Shown here piece by piece: positions 50,497 through 59,884 of a stretch of DNA of 64,000 nucleotides; position 1 is the first letter of the stretch, and each line of letters begins with the position of its first letter. A program made the position numbers and the translations under genes. Under the pieces are notes generated by a model, which had not been told where the DNA came from, ran no database searches, and saw nothing but the letters and a program-made list of their open reading frames with translations. This DNA comes from Desulfomonilia bacterium (lineage in GTDB: Bacteria > Desulfobacterota > Desulfomonilia > UBA1062). The stretch covers positions 544,001-608,000 of the forward strand of contig CAXXDQ010000007.1 of assembly GCA_963664325.2 (NCBI GenBank), in the 5' to 3' direction.

Positions 50497-51158
50497 TCAT
50501 ACTGACTGAGGTCTCAAAACACTATGGTACTGGTGCAAATGAAATCAAAGCCGTTGACGGCATTTCCCTTCATGTGGCACAGGGGGAATTCCTTATCCTG
50601 ATCGGGCACTCAGGAAGCGGCAAGACCACACTCCTGAATCTCATAGCCGGAATGACAAGGCCTGACAAGGGGTGCATTGAAATCGCCGGACGGGATATCC
50701 TGAGCATGAGCGATGCCGAACTGGCACATTTCAGGGCTGCCGTCATCGGATTTGTCTTTCAATTCCAGAGCATGATTTCAACACTCACCGCCCTCAATAA
50801 TGTCAGGCTCCCGGCTCTTTTCCGCCGCCATCGATCCGAAAGGTCTGAGGCATTGGCCTCGCTTGATCGAGTTGGTCTGGCCGGCCGTGAGAATGCCTAT
50901 GCGCATGAGCTTTCATTAGGACAGCAGCGTCGCGTGGGTATTGCACGAGCCCTGATCAGCTCCCCCTCACTGCTTTTGTGTGATGAACCAACAGGCGACC
51001 TGGATCCCGAGACAGAACAGATCATCATGGAGTTGATTGTACAGGCGAACCGGAACGGCACAACAGTCGTTATGGCCACACACAACCACGACTTGTGCAC
51101 TTTTGCCGATCGTGTACTGCGCATGGACCACGGCCGCATTGACCCAATTAAGGGGTAG
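50493..51158 (+). CDS. ABC transporter ATP-binding protein (LolD/MacB-like)
   Basis: GHSGSGKTT, LSLGQQRR and DEPTGDLD motifs. Confidence 0.92.
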   Translation: MIILTEVSKHYGTGANEIKAVDGISLHVAQGEFLILIGHSGSGKTTLLNLIAGMTRPDKGCIEIAGRDILSMSDAELAHFRAAVIGFVFQFQSMISTLTALNNVRLPALFRRHRSERSEALASLDRVGLAGRENAYAHELSLGQQRRVGIARALISSPSLLLCDEPTGDLDPETEQIIMELIVQANRNGTTVVMATHNHDLCTFADRVLRMDHGRIDPIKG

Positions 51159-51342
51159 TCGAACCATCCGTGATTTTGTTAGATTTTGAAATTAAAATGT
51201 CCGCCCTGAAAACCTAAGGTGTATAAAAAGTTCCCGACAACAAAAACTTGATATAAGCAGTTGCCTTGATCGGATTTTGTCCTGTAGCAGGTTATCCATT
51301 TGAAAAATCAAGTTGCAGTTAATATAGGCAGAAAAGTCGCGA

Positions 51343-52401
51343 TCAATTTTTTCTGCGGTTGCCTGGGCCGGGGCCTATAATTCTGCCTGTTTTTTCCACA
51401 TCCCTCTTAATTCCATCTATAATTTCTGCAGGTGCAGCCGTGCCTGAGCCTTTGCCCGGATAGATCTCATAAAGCCTGCGGTATTTTATGGGAGTGAAAT
51501 CCGGCATGATAATATTGGCCCCTGCCATGAGAGATTTAACACGGTTTTGGGGATCAAGTGTTGTGAGCGCAGTGGTTGCAGGAATATTCGTGTTCCGCGT
51601 AACGATGCGCGTCAAGGCTATCATCTTGAGAACCATTTCAGCCTCACCTTTAGGGGAACCTTTAAAAGGTGTCTCATCGTGAGGTATAAAAGGTCCAATT
51701 CCTATCATGTCGATATCGAGTTCCCTGAACATCATTATGTCTTCTGCCAGAGATTCTATCGTCTGCCCCGGAAGACCCACCATTACGCCGGAGCCTGTTT
51801 CAAAGCCAATGGATTTTAAATGCTTCTGACATTTCAAACGGCAGGACAGCTCGCATCCTGGCCTGATATCTTTATAAAGCTGCGCGTCCGATGTCTCATG
51901 CTTTAGCAGGTATCTGTCGGCACCTGCAGCCTTGAACAGCTCATAATCTTCAAAAGGCCATTCGCCGATGGAAAGCGTAATGACAAGACCGGTTTCGTCT
52001 TTTATCCTCCTTATGAGGTTAACAATCTTTTGCGATGAGTAAAACGTATCTTCACCTGACTGCAGGACTATGGTCCCTATTCCTGAACCAAGGATATCCT
52101 TGGCCCCAGAAAGGATTTCATCATCCGTCATCCGGTATCTTTTAATATTTGCATTGGAACATCTTAGTCCGCAATAAAGGCAATCCTGCAAGCAGTAGTT
52201 TGAAAACTCGATAATCCCTCTCAGATAAACTTCATCACCTGTGCATTCTTTTCTTACCCTCGTCGCTTCTGCAAACAGGACAGAAGGATCATCGGCTGAA
52301 AGCGCTCTTAAGATATCCGATTTATTGTATGTTTTTTTTTCTTTTAGATCACCACTCACAACTCTTAGCCCTTCTTTAAATGTACAGATCTCTTTCTCCA
52401 T
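51343..52401 (-). CDS. hydE: [FeFe]-hydrogenase radical SAM maturase HydE
   Basis: RGIIEFSNYCLQDCLYC, YLLKHET, IPATTAL and YEIYPGK motifs. Confidence 0.93.
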   Translation of the reverse strand: MEKEICTFKEGLRVVSGDLKEKKTYNKSDILRALSADDPSVLFAEATRVRKECTGDEVYLRGIIEFSNYCLQDCLYCGLRCSNANIKRYRMTDDEILSGAKDILGSGIGTIVLQSGEDTFYSSQKIVNLIRRIKDETGLVITLSIGEWPFEDYELFKAAGADRYLLKHETSDAQLYKDIRPGCELSCRLKCQKHLKSIGFETGSGVMVGLPGQTIESLAEDIMMFRELDIDMIGIGPFIPHDETPFKGSPKGEAEMVLKMIALTRIVTRNTNIPATTALTTLDPQNRVKSLMAGANIIMPDFTPIKYRRLYEIYPGKGSGTAAPAEIIDGIKRDVEKTGRIIGPGPGNRRKN

Positions 52402-53767
52402 TCTCCATGCGCTTCAGCCTGCTGTTGATGGATCGTTTGAGGCCGGCGCCTTCTGTATCCGCCAGCAGTTTTTCCACCAGTTTCAGGCCTGCCTTCTTTG
52501 TCTTATCACTTGCATAGTCAAGCAGGTATTCTTCGAAAGTGAATATCGCGTTTGTCCGGCAGAACTTCTTTATCAGACCGGGTTTCGCCAGATCCATAAA
52601 GTCGGCGCCTGTCCTTCCGAGCCTGTAGCATGCAGTGCAGAAACTGGGGATAAGCCCTTGCTGGACTATTTCGTAAATCACTTCATCGAGAGAGCGCGTA
52701 TCACCAAGGTTGAACTGAGCCGCCATGAAGTCATTGCCTCCGTGGTCATGATATCCACCGGGATTTGTGCGTGATCCCGCACTTATCTGTGAGACTCCCA
52801 GACCGAATATTTCGTTCCTGAGCGCCGCGGATTCACGGGTAGTAAGAATCATCCCGGTATATGGCACCGCCAGCCTCAATACAGCAACAAGCTTTTTGAA
52901 TTCGTCATCGCTTACAGGATGCGGCGGTTTTATTGCGGCAGGCGCATTTAATGCAGGTTCGAGGCGCGGAATCGATATTGTATGCGGTCCTACCCCGCAT
53001 GTTTTTTCCAGGTGCTGCGCGTGATACAAAAGCCCCAGGACTTCAAACCTGTAATCATAAAGACCGAACAGGGCGCCGATTCCCACATCGTCAATACCGG
53101 CCTCCTGAGCCCGGTGCATGGCCGTCACCCTGTATTCATAGTTTCTTTTAGGGCCTGACGGGTGCATCTCCCTGTAGGTCGCATGATGATAGGTCTCCTG
53201 GAAAAGCAGGTATGTGCCTATTTTGGCGGCCTTCAGCCTCTTGAATTCTTCAACTTCAAGAGGCGCCACTTCGACATTTATACGCCTTATCTCTCCGTTG
53301 AAATTTGTTGTTGCATAAACTGTTTCTATTGCTTCGATAAAATAATCCAGGCTTGAACGAGTTGGATGTTCCCCGCACAGCATCAGAATGCGTTTGTGCC
53401 CTTCGGCTTCTATCGCCTGCGCCTCAGCCGCTATCTCTTCCATAGTGAGCGCCACCCTTTTAAGCTCTTTGTTGGCGCGTCTGAATCCGCAGTAAAGGCA
53501 ATTGTTAGAACAGTGGTTGGCAATATAAAGAGGCGCGAAAAGCACAAGACGGTTGCCGTATATCGACTCTTTCACAAAGCGGGCAGTTATAAGTATTTCA
53601 TTGATAAGTTCTTTATCCTCTGTCTGCAGAAGCACTGACGTTTCTTCAGGAGTGAGGCCTTTCAATTCCTTCGCTTTATCAAGAACGTCCTCAACCCTCT
53701 TCTTTTCAGGTCTGACTGAAATATCCAGAACATGTTGAATCTTATCATCATCAATAAAGTCTTTCAT
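52376..53767 (-). CDS. hydG: [FeFe]-hydrogenase radical SAM maturase HydG
   Basis: FAPLY..CSNNCLYC, FQETYH, GPHTIS and SFCTACYR..C motifs. Confidence 0.96.
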   Translation of the reverse strand: MKDFIDDDKIQHVLDISVRPEKKRVEDVLDKAKELKGLTPEETSVLLQTEDKELINEILITARFVKESIYGNRLVLFAPLYIANHCSNNCLYCGFRRANKELKRVALTMEEIAAEAQAIEAEGHKRILMLCGEHPTRSSLDYFIEAIETVYATTNFNGEIRRINVEVAPLEVEEFKRLKAAKIGTYLLFQETYHHATYREMHPSGPKRNYEYRVTAMHRAQEAGIDDVGIGALFGLYDYRFEVLGLLYHAQHLEKTCGVGPHTISIPRLEPALNAPAAIKPPHPVSDDEFKKLVAVLRLAVPYTGMILTTRESAALRNEIFGLGVSQISAGSRTNPGGYHDHGGNDFMAAQFNLGDTRSLDEVIYEIVQQGLIPSFCTACYRLGRTGADFMDLAKPGLIKKFCRTNAIFTFEEYLLDYASDKTKKAGLKLVEKLLADTEGAGLKRSINSRLKRMENGERDLYI

Positions 53768-53781
53768 GAGGCACTTCCTTT

Positions 53782-55026
53782 TTAATTATTCATCTTTTTT
53801 TCAAATGCCATGAGCGCTGCAGGGAATGGTTCAAGAGAGCGTCTGATAACACCCTGCAGGAATGAGATGGCCACGCCGTAATTTGTAATTGCCACACCTG
53901 CCTGATGCGCCTTCTGAATCCTGCTCATCATTTCACGCCTGGTCAGCATGCAGCCGCCGCAGTGAATGATCAGTTTATATTCGGAGAGGTTTTCAGGATA
54001 ATCTCTGCCTGCATAGGCCTCTGCCTTCACATCAAAACCGAGGTACTGCCTCAGCCATCTTGGTATCTTTACCCTTCCGATATCATCTTCGAGCGCATGA
54101 TGCGTGCAAGCCTCTGCGATAAGCACCCTGTCTCCTGGCTTCAGATTATCAATTTCAGCAGCGCCTTGTGCAGCGATTGACAGGTCACCTTTCTGTCTGG
54201 CAAACAGGATTGAAAATGTCGTTAGCCTTATATCTCTGGGCACATCCGCAGAAACCTTCAATATCGCCTGTGAGTCGGTAACAACCACATCGGGCTTTTT
54301 GTTCAAGGTTGAAAGCATCGCTGAGAGTTCGCGCTCCTTCACGACGAACGCGGCAGCATCGTTATCCAGCGTATCCCTTATAGTCTGGACCTGAGGCAGG
54401 ATGAGCCTGCCCTTGGGCGCCTGCAGGTCTATAGGTACTACCAGTACTGCAATGCCGCCCGGATTCACCAGATCGCCTATCAGCCTGGGCGGCTCAATGA
54501 AGTCATCCGGCGCAACCTCTATCAGCTGCTGTTTTACAGCGTTTACATAGGCATTTCTTTCATTAGAGTTGATACTGGAAACCTCTAGGATCCTCGATCT
54601 CTTTTCCCTTAATTTTTCCAGAAACGCGTGTGCCGGTTTTAGAAGGTCGGTTTTGTTTATAATGACAATGACAGGAATTTTATTTTCATCAGCCTTTAAC
54701 AGAACTTCATCTTCGAATTCCGTCCATACATCCGGTTCGGTTACAAGCAGAATGACATCGGCCCTGTCATATATCTTACTGGTTTTATTAAGCCTCAATT
54801 GAGCGAGTTCCGAAATGTCATCGACTCCTGCCGTGTCAAGAAAAAGCACTGGCCCGAGCGGCAGAAGTTCGCATGCCTTTTCAACAATATCGGTTGTTGT
54901 GCCTGCAACCGGTGATGTTATCGCATAGTCCTGACCGATTAGCATATTCATGAAACTCGATTTTCCGACATTCGTCCTGCCGAATATTGCGATATTGAGC
55001 CTGTTAGCTTTTGGAGTATCCTGCAT
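53782..55026 (-). CDS. hydF: [FeFe]-hydrogenase maturation GTPase HydF
   Basis: GRTNVGKS, APKGRLILPQ, EACTHH and HCGGC motifs. Confidence 0.96.
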   Translation of the reverse strand: MQDTPKANRLNIAIFGRTNVGKSSFMNMLIGQDYAITSPVAGTTTDIVEKACELLPLGPVLFLDTAGVDDISELAQLRLNKTSKIYDRADVILLVTEPDVWTEFEDEVLLKADENKIPVIVIINKTDLLKPAHAFLEKLREKRSRILEVSSINSNERNAYVNAVKQQLIEVAPDDFIEPPRLIGDLVNPGGIAVLVVPIDLQAPKGRLILPQVQTIRDTLDNDAAAFVVKERELSAMLSTLNKKPDVVVTDSQAILKVSADVPRDIRLTTFSILFARQKGDLSIAAQGAAEIDNLKPGDRVLIAEACTHHALEDDIGRVKIPRWLRQYLGFDVKAEAYAGRDYPENLSEYKLIIHCGGCMLTRREMMSRIQKAHQAGVAITNYGVAISFLQGVIRRSLEPFPAALMAFEKKMNN

Positions 55027-55038
55027 TTTTCTGCCCTA

Positions 55039-56439
55039 TTATTTCTTATATGGTCCCTTACCCTTAAATCCAAGTGCTGTAAGCGCATACGGATCAAGTG
55101 CTTTGGAAACGAGATCTTCACCGAGCAAGCCTTTCAGGTAGGTCCTGAAATCCATACCGTTTTCTTTTTTGTAACCGTTCATTATTTCCGTTGCTTTCTC
55201 ATATCCTATATACGGCACCAGGGCCGTTATGATCATGGGGCTGGAATTTACAATCCCGGCGCATTTTCCGGAATCCGCCGATATGCCCAATACATGCTCG
55301 GCCAACATAATATCCGCATTTGAGAGAATGTCCATGCTCTCTATCAGTGCATCAACCAGCATGGGCATGAATTCGATTATCTGGAACGTCGAACGGCTTG
55401 CAGTTTCCGTCACGATGAGATCGTTGGCAATGACGCGGATTCCAGCCTGGATAACCGCCTCCATTATCACCGGATTGACCTTTCCGGGCATGGCCGATGA
55501 CCCGGCCTGCAAGGAAGGCAGCTTTATCTCGCCAAGCATGTTCATCATCCTAAGATCGCCCGCGATCTTTATCAGGTTCGATGCATGGGCCTTCATGATG
55601 CCCGAGACTTCAACGAATGCATCGGCATTCGAGGTCTCTCCGGCAAGGTTATCGCCGCGGCTCAGTCCAAGGCCCGTGACATCCCTCAGTTTTTCTATGA
55701 CAAGAAATATATAGTCCTTCGGGGCGGAAATACCGGTGCCTATAGCAGTCCCGCCGAGATTGACCACCCTGAGCCTTTCCTCACACTTGAATGTCCGCCA
55801 GCGGTCACGGCCAATTGCCTCAGAGAAAGCAGAAAACTCCATTCCCAGAGTAAGAGGAACCGCCTCCTGCATCTCTGTCCTACCCATCTTCACGATCTCG
55901 CCGAACTCTTTTTCCTTTTTCTGAAATTCCCCCTGAAGCCCGGCAATGTCCCTGCTCAGTTTTCTGATGGCGTATATGACTGCAACCTTAACCGCAGTTG
56001 GATAGACATCATTCGTAGACTGGTGAAGGTTAACATCGTCTATGGGGTGGACGATCGAATAGTCGCCCTTTTCGCCGTTCAGTATTTCTATGGCCCTGTT
56101 GGCCACGACTTCATTGATGTTCATGTTTGTCGAGGTGCCTGCCCCACCCTGCATTGCATCGAGTGGAAATTCAGTATCAAACCTGCCCGAAACCACCTCG
56201 TCGCAGGCATCTGAAATTGCTTTGGCCTTTTCGGGTTTCATCCAGTATGTTTCCAGGTTCGCCAGACAGCAGGCTTTCTTTACCTGCGCCAATGCATATA
56301 TCAGACCGGCATTCACCTTCCTTGAGCTTACGGAAAAATTTCTGAGGGCCCTCTGTGTGTGTATTCCCCAGTATGCTCCCGACGGGACATCGAGTTCCCC
56401 GAGAAGATCATGTTCGATCCGATACTTCTGCACTTTCAT
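55039..56439 (-). CDS. aspA: aspartate ammonia-lyase
   Basis: QGGAGTSTNMN, QSTNDVYPT and GSSAMPGKVNPV motifs. Confidence 0.9.
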   Translation of the reverse strand: MKVQKYRIEHDLLGELDVPSGAYWGIHTQRALRNFSVSSRKVNAGLIYALAQVKKACCLANLETYWMKPEKAKAISDACDEVVSGRFDTEFPLDAMQGGAGTSTNMNINEVVANRAIEILNGEKGDYSIVHPIDDVNLHQSTNDVYPTAVKVAVIYAIRKLSRDIAGLQGEFQKKEKEFGEIVKMGRTEMQEAVPLTLGMEFSAFSEAIGRDRWRTFKCEERLRVVNLGGTAIGTGISAPKDYIFLVIEKLRDVTGLGLSRGDNLAGETSNADAFVEVSGIMKAHASNLIKIAGDLRMMNMLGEIKLPSLQAGSSAMPGKVNPVIMEAVIQAGIRVIANDLIVTETASRSTFQIIEFMPMLVDALIESMDILSNADIMLAEHVLGISADSGKCAGIVNSSPMIITALVPYIGYEKATEIMNGYKKENGMDFRTYLKGLLGEDLVSKALDPYALTALGFKGKGPYKK

Positions 56440-56456
56440 ACCTCCACTAATCAAAT

Positions 56457-56498
56457 TAAAAGGGCTTGACTGGAATTACCAGCCAAGCCCTTTTATTT
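56457..56498 (-). terminator. terminator-like hairpin between hydA and aspA
   Basis: TAAAAGGGCTTG-A-CTGG-AATTA-CCAG-C-CAAGCCCTTTTA. Confidence 0.7.
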
Positions 56499-56518
56499 CC
56501 TTGATTCAGGTCAATAAA

Positions 56519-58300
56519 TTAGTGTTTACCGCAGCCACAGCATCCTTCATCTTCAGAATGAGGAACAGCTATACCCCTCTTAACATAATGGGTGTGCAGC
56601 AATTCATGGGATTTGTGTCCGAGCGGTTCCTTCAGGAAGTTCTCATAAAGTTTTTTAACCGATTCATTTTCGTGAGACTGGCGTTTCTTCTGTACCTGCC
56701 CGTCATCCTTATAGAGTGCGCTTGCACGCAACGTCCGGATCTCGTCGTTAGTCGGGATCGGCGAACCGCCACCTGCAACACAACCGCCGGGGCAAGCCAT
56801 TATCTCAATGAACGCATAATCGGCCTTTTTATCCCTGATAAGATCCATGACCTTCCTTGCATTTCCGAGCCCATGGGCAACCGCGATCTTTACCTTCCCG
56901 AGCGGACCGACTTCAACTTCGGCTTCTTTGACGCCTTCAAGTCCGCGAACGGGTGTGATATCAAGGTTCGGCAGATCTTTACCAACTACTACTGCATATA
57001 CAGTTCTGAGTGCCGCTTCCATAACCCCGCCCGTTGCACCGAATATTGTTCCGGCACCTGTGTACTCGCCCATCGGCGCATCGAAATCATCATCAGGCAG
57101 GTTGACAAAATCTATCCCCGCTTCCTTTATCATGCGGCCAAGTTCCCTAGTTGTGAGGACATAGTCGACATCGCGGTAACCGCTCGAGCACATTTCCGAA
57201 CGGCTGGCTTCATATTTCTTTGCTGTGCAGGGCATTATGGATACGCTTACAATGTCTTTCGGATCTACGCCTGCGAACTGTGCATAATATGTCTTCGCCA
57301 GCGCACCGAACATCTGCTGCGGCGATTTGCATGTCGAAAGGTGATCGAGAAGATCAGGATAGAAGTGTTCGCAGAACTTTATCCAGCCGGGACTGCATGA
57401 CGTCACCATGGGCAGGACTCCACCTTCTTTCACCCTCTTCAAAAGTTCGTTTCCTTCTTCTATAATTGTCAGGTCTGCAGTGAAGTTCGTATCGAATACC
57501 TTTGCAAAGCCAAGCCTGCGAAGCGCAGCTATCATCTTTCCGGTTACCAGCGATCCGGGAGGCATATCGAACTCTTCTCCAAGGTTTGCGCGGATTGCCG
57601 GAGCTTCCTGGACAACGACATGCTTTGTCGGATCCTGAAGCGCTTTCCATACTGAATCAACATCGTCTTTTTCGTAAAGGGCACCAACCGGACAAGCCAT
57701 AACACACTGGCCGCAGTTAATGCAGTTTGTTTCGCCGATCGGAAGGTTGAATGCTGGAACGACTTCAACATGGGGTCCCCGTTTTGCAGGACTCAACGCG
57801 TTAACTGTCTGCACCTGAGAACATACTGTTACACAACGATGGCAATGAATGCACTTTCTGTTGTCTCTGACAATTGACGGACTTGAATTGTCTATTTCAT
57901 CTTTACTGAAATCCGGATATTCAAATCTTACCTGGCGGACATTTGTGAATTCTGCAACTTTCTGCAGTTCACAGTTCCCGTTTCTTATGCAGAAATTGCA
58001 TTCGGTCGGATGATTTGCAAGGAGCAGCTCGACTATCATTTTCCTTGCACCCCTGACTCTTGCCGAGTTTGTATGCACTACCATGTTATCACTAACAGGG
58101 AACACACATGACGCGACCAGATTCCGCATTCCGTCGACTTCTACTACACAAACCCTGCAAGCACCTGGAGTATGGTTTATGTTCTGCCATGCACAAAGTG
58201 TTGGAATTGTGATGTCCGCTTTTCTTGCTGCTTCGAGAATTGTTGTTCCGGCTGGGACTTTTACTTCTTTCCCGTCTATCTTCAAGGATACTTCCGACAT
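56519..58300 (-). CDS. hydA: group A [FeFe]-hydrogenase catalytic subunit
   Basis: 2Fe-2S, His-ligated 4Fe-4S (HPTECNFC) and 2x4Fe-4S domains; H-cluster motifs TSCSPGW, MPCTAKKYE and MACPGGCVAGGG. Confidence 0.96.
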   Translation of the reverse strand: MSEVSLKIDGKEVKVPAGTTILEAARKADITIPTLCAWQNINHTPGACRVCVVEVDGMRNLVASCVFPVSDNMVVHTNSARVRGARKMIVELLLANHPTECNFCIRNGNCELQKVAEFTNVRQVRFEYPDFSKDEIDNSSPSIVRDNRKCIHCHRCVTVCSQVQTVNALSPAKRGPHVEVVPAFNLPIGETNCINCGQCVMACPVGALYEKDDVDSVWKALQDPTKHVVVQEAPAIRANLGEEFDMPPGSLVTGKMIAALRRLGFAKVFDTNFTADLTIIEEGNELLKRVKEGGVLPMVTSCSPGWIKFCEHFYPDLLDHLSTCKSPQQMFGALAKTYYAQFAGVDPKDIVSVSIMPCTAKKYEASRSEMCSSGYRDVDYVLTTRELGRMIKEAGIDFVNLPDDDFDAPMGEYTGAGTIFGATGGVMEAALRTVYAVVVGKDLPNLDITPVRGLEGVKEAEVEVGPLGKVKIAVAHGLGNARKVMDLIRDKKADYAFIEIMACPGGCVAGGGSPIPTNDEIRTLRASALYKDDGQVQKKRQSHENESVKKLYENFLKEPLGHKSHELLHTHYVKRGIAVPHSEDEGCCGCGKH

Positions 58301-58521
58301 GTTGATTGCCCCTTTCTTAATGAATTTGTTGGGTAATTTCAATCAATTTGCATATTCTTAAATTAATAAACTGTCAATACATTATTTAATATTATTGTTT
58401 AATATCATTAATATTTTCATATTTTACTTTTAAAATATTTTTATGCCTATTAGAAGTACGTTATATGTCATTATAGATGATGAATCTCTGATTTTATGAA
58501 TTACTGCTCAGTATATTCCAG

Positions 58522-58700
58522 CAAAAAGGGGATGGCAATTTCTTGCCATCCCCTTAAAATTCACTTAATTCATATAGTCTGTATAACCGGCTGCTCAAAT
58601 ATAATATTAAGGAGGACCGATACTTATTCTATCTCCGGTTACACAGTTATCAAAACCCCTTTTTCAGGCCCAAACACTCTTACCAACATATTAAATGATT
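58522..58700 (-). ncRNA. candidate sRNA with an anti-Shine-Dalgarno loop and its own terminator
   Basis: 12-bp stem (58579-58590/58635-58646) enclosing UCCUCCUU; perfect 13-bp terminator at 58526-58555 with U-tract. The 5' end is uncertain. Confidence 0.45.
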
Positions 58701-58930
58701 GCATTATTGTCTTACTAACACAACAAGAAAATCGAGGCAATATGATTTTTATTATCATTATGTTTTTGGCCATATTGAGTCAAGTTGCATTTAATGTATT
58801 GATGTTCACGTTTTGGCAATCTTATATTTATTTTTTTTCTGAAAATTGACCAACTTGATATTAAAAATTAGGAGGCAGGGGCCAGACATCAAGAATTCAT
58901 CTGACTCCTGCGCTCAGAACTTATCCAATG

Positions 58931-59874
58931 CTATTTTTTTCTCATTGATATGCAGGCTTCGGCAATGTGACCGGGTCCGAATCCATGTTTTTCATAAAGA
59001 TATTTTTCAGTTGCCACTTCCCCGAATTTGTCCGGTATTCCTAATCGTTTCACCTTGGTTGGACAGTTCTCTGAAAGGACTTCACATACAGCACCGCCAA
59101 GGCCGCCGATTATTGTCTGGTTCTCAATACTAACGACCGCTCCTGTCTTTTTTGCCGAAATAATAAGAGTTTCATTGTCAAAAGGTTTCACTGATGGATA
59201 ATGCAATACTTCCGCCTTTAAACCATCCGAAGTAAGCATCTCTGCTGCTTTTAGTGCGGATTTTGTCATATATCCGGTCGAGACTATGGTTACATCTGAA
59301 CCTTCTCTTAAAACAACCGCCTTATCCGGACTAAAAGTATAGTTTTCATCGAACAATTGCGGTTTCCTTTGAACGGATAAGCTGCAGATATGTTGGCTGT
59401 TTGGCCTTGGCCATATGTTTCATTATTGCCCTTAGCTCATAGGCATCGGCGGGCGCATAAACATGCATATTGGGCATCGCCCTCATTATCGCCATGTCAG
59501 TAAAGTCCATATGAGTACCGCCGTTTGAGCCCTGCGTCAGCCCTGGTGGCAGTACCGACAATCTTCACATTGTTGTTCGCGTAAGCACAGCTTATATAAA
59601 TCTGATCATACACCCTTCGTGATGCAAAAGATGTGAATGTTGCTGCAAACGGTATTTTGCCCTCAGATGCAAGACCTGCAGATATTCCTATCATATTTGC
59701 TTCAGCTACGCCCACATCCATGAAATTGTCCGGATTCTTTGAAGACACTTCCGGGAATGTACCAGTTGCCTTGCCGAGATCGGCCTCAAGACTTATTATA
59801 TCAGGATTCTCTGCAATCAGTTCATTAAGTGTCTTAGCATAAACTACGCGCATTTCCATTTCATGCCAATTCAT
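58931..59874 (-). CDS. transketolase C-terminal subunit, two +1 frameshifts (about 59548 and 59366)
   Basis: ADL, VGVAEANM, RRVYDQI, (GTAPG)..GGTHM and IENQTIIGGLG motifs spread over three frames. Confidence 0.88.
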
Positions 59875-59884
59875 AAATGCCTCC

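Noticed and set aside
56090-57400. 436-aa plus-strand ORF
   Set aside because: Antisense shadow of hydA/aspA with no recognisable motifs; it also runs through the intergenic terminator.
58496-58849. 117-aa plus-strand ORF in the hydA-transketolase intergenic region
   Set aside because: AT-rich, no RBS before its start, and it crosses a terminator and RNA stem; a non-coding interpretation fits better.
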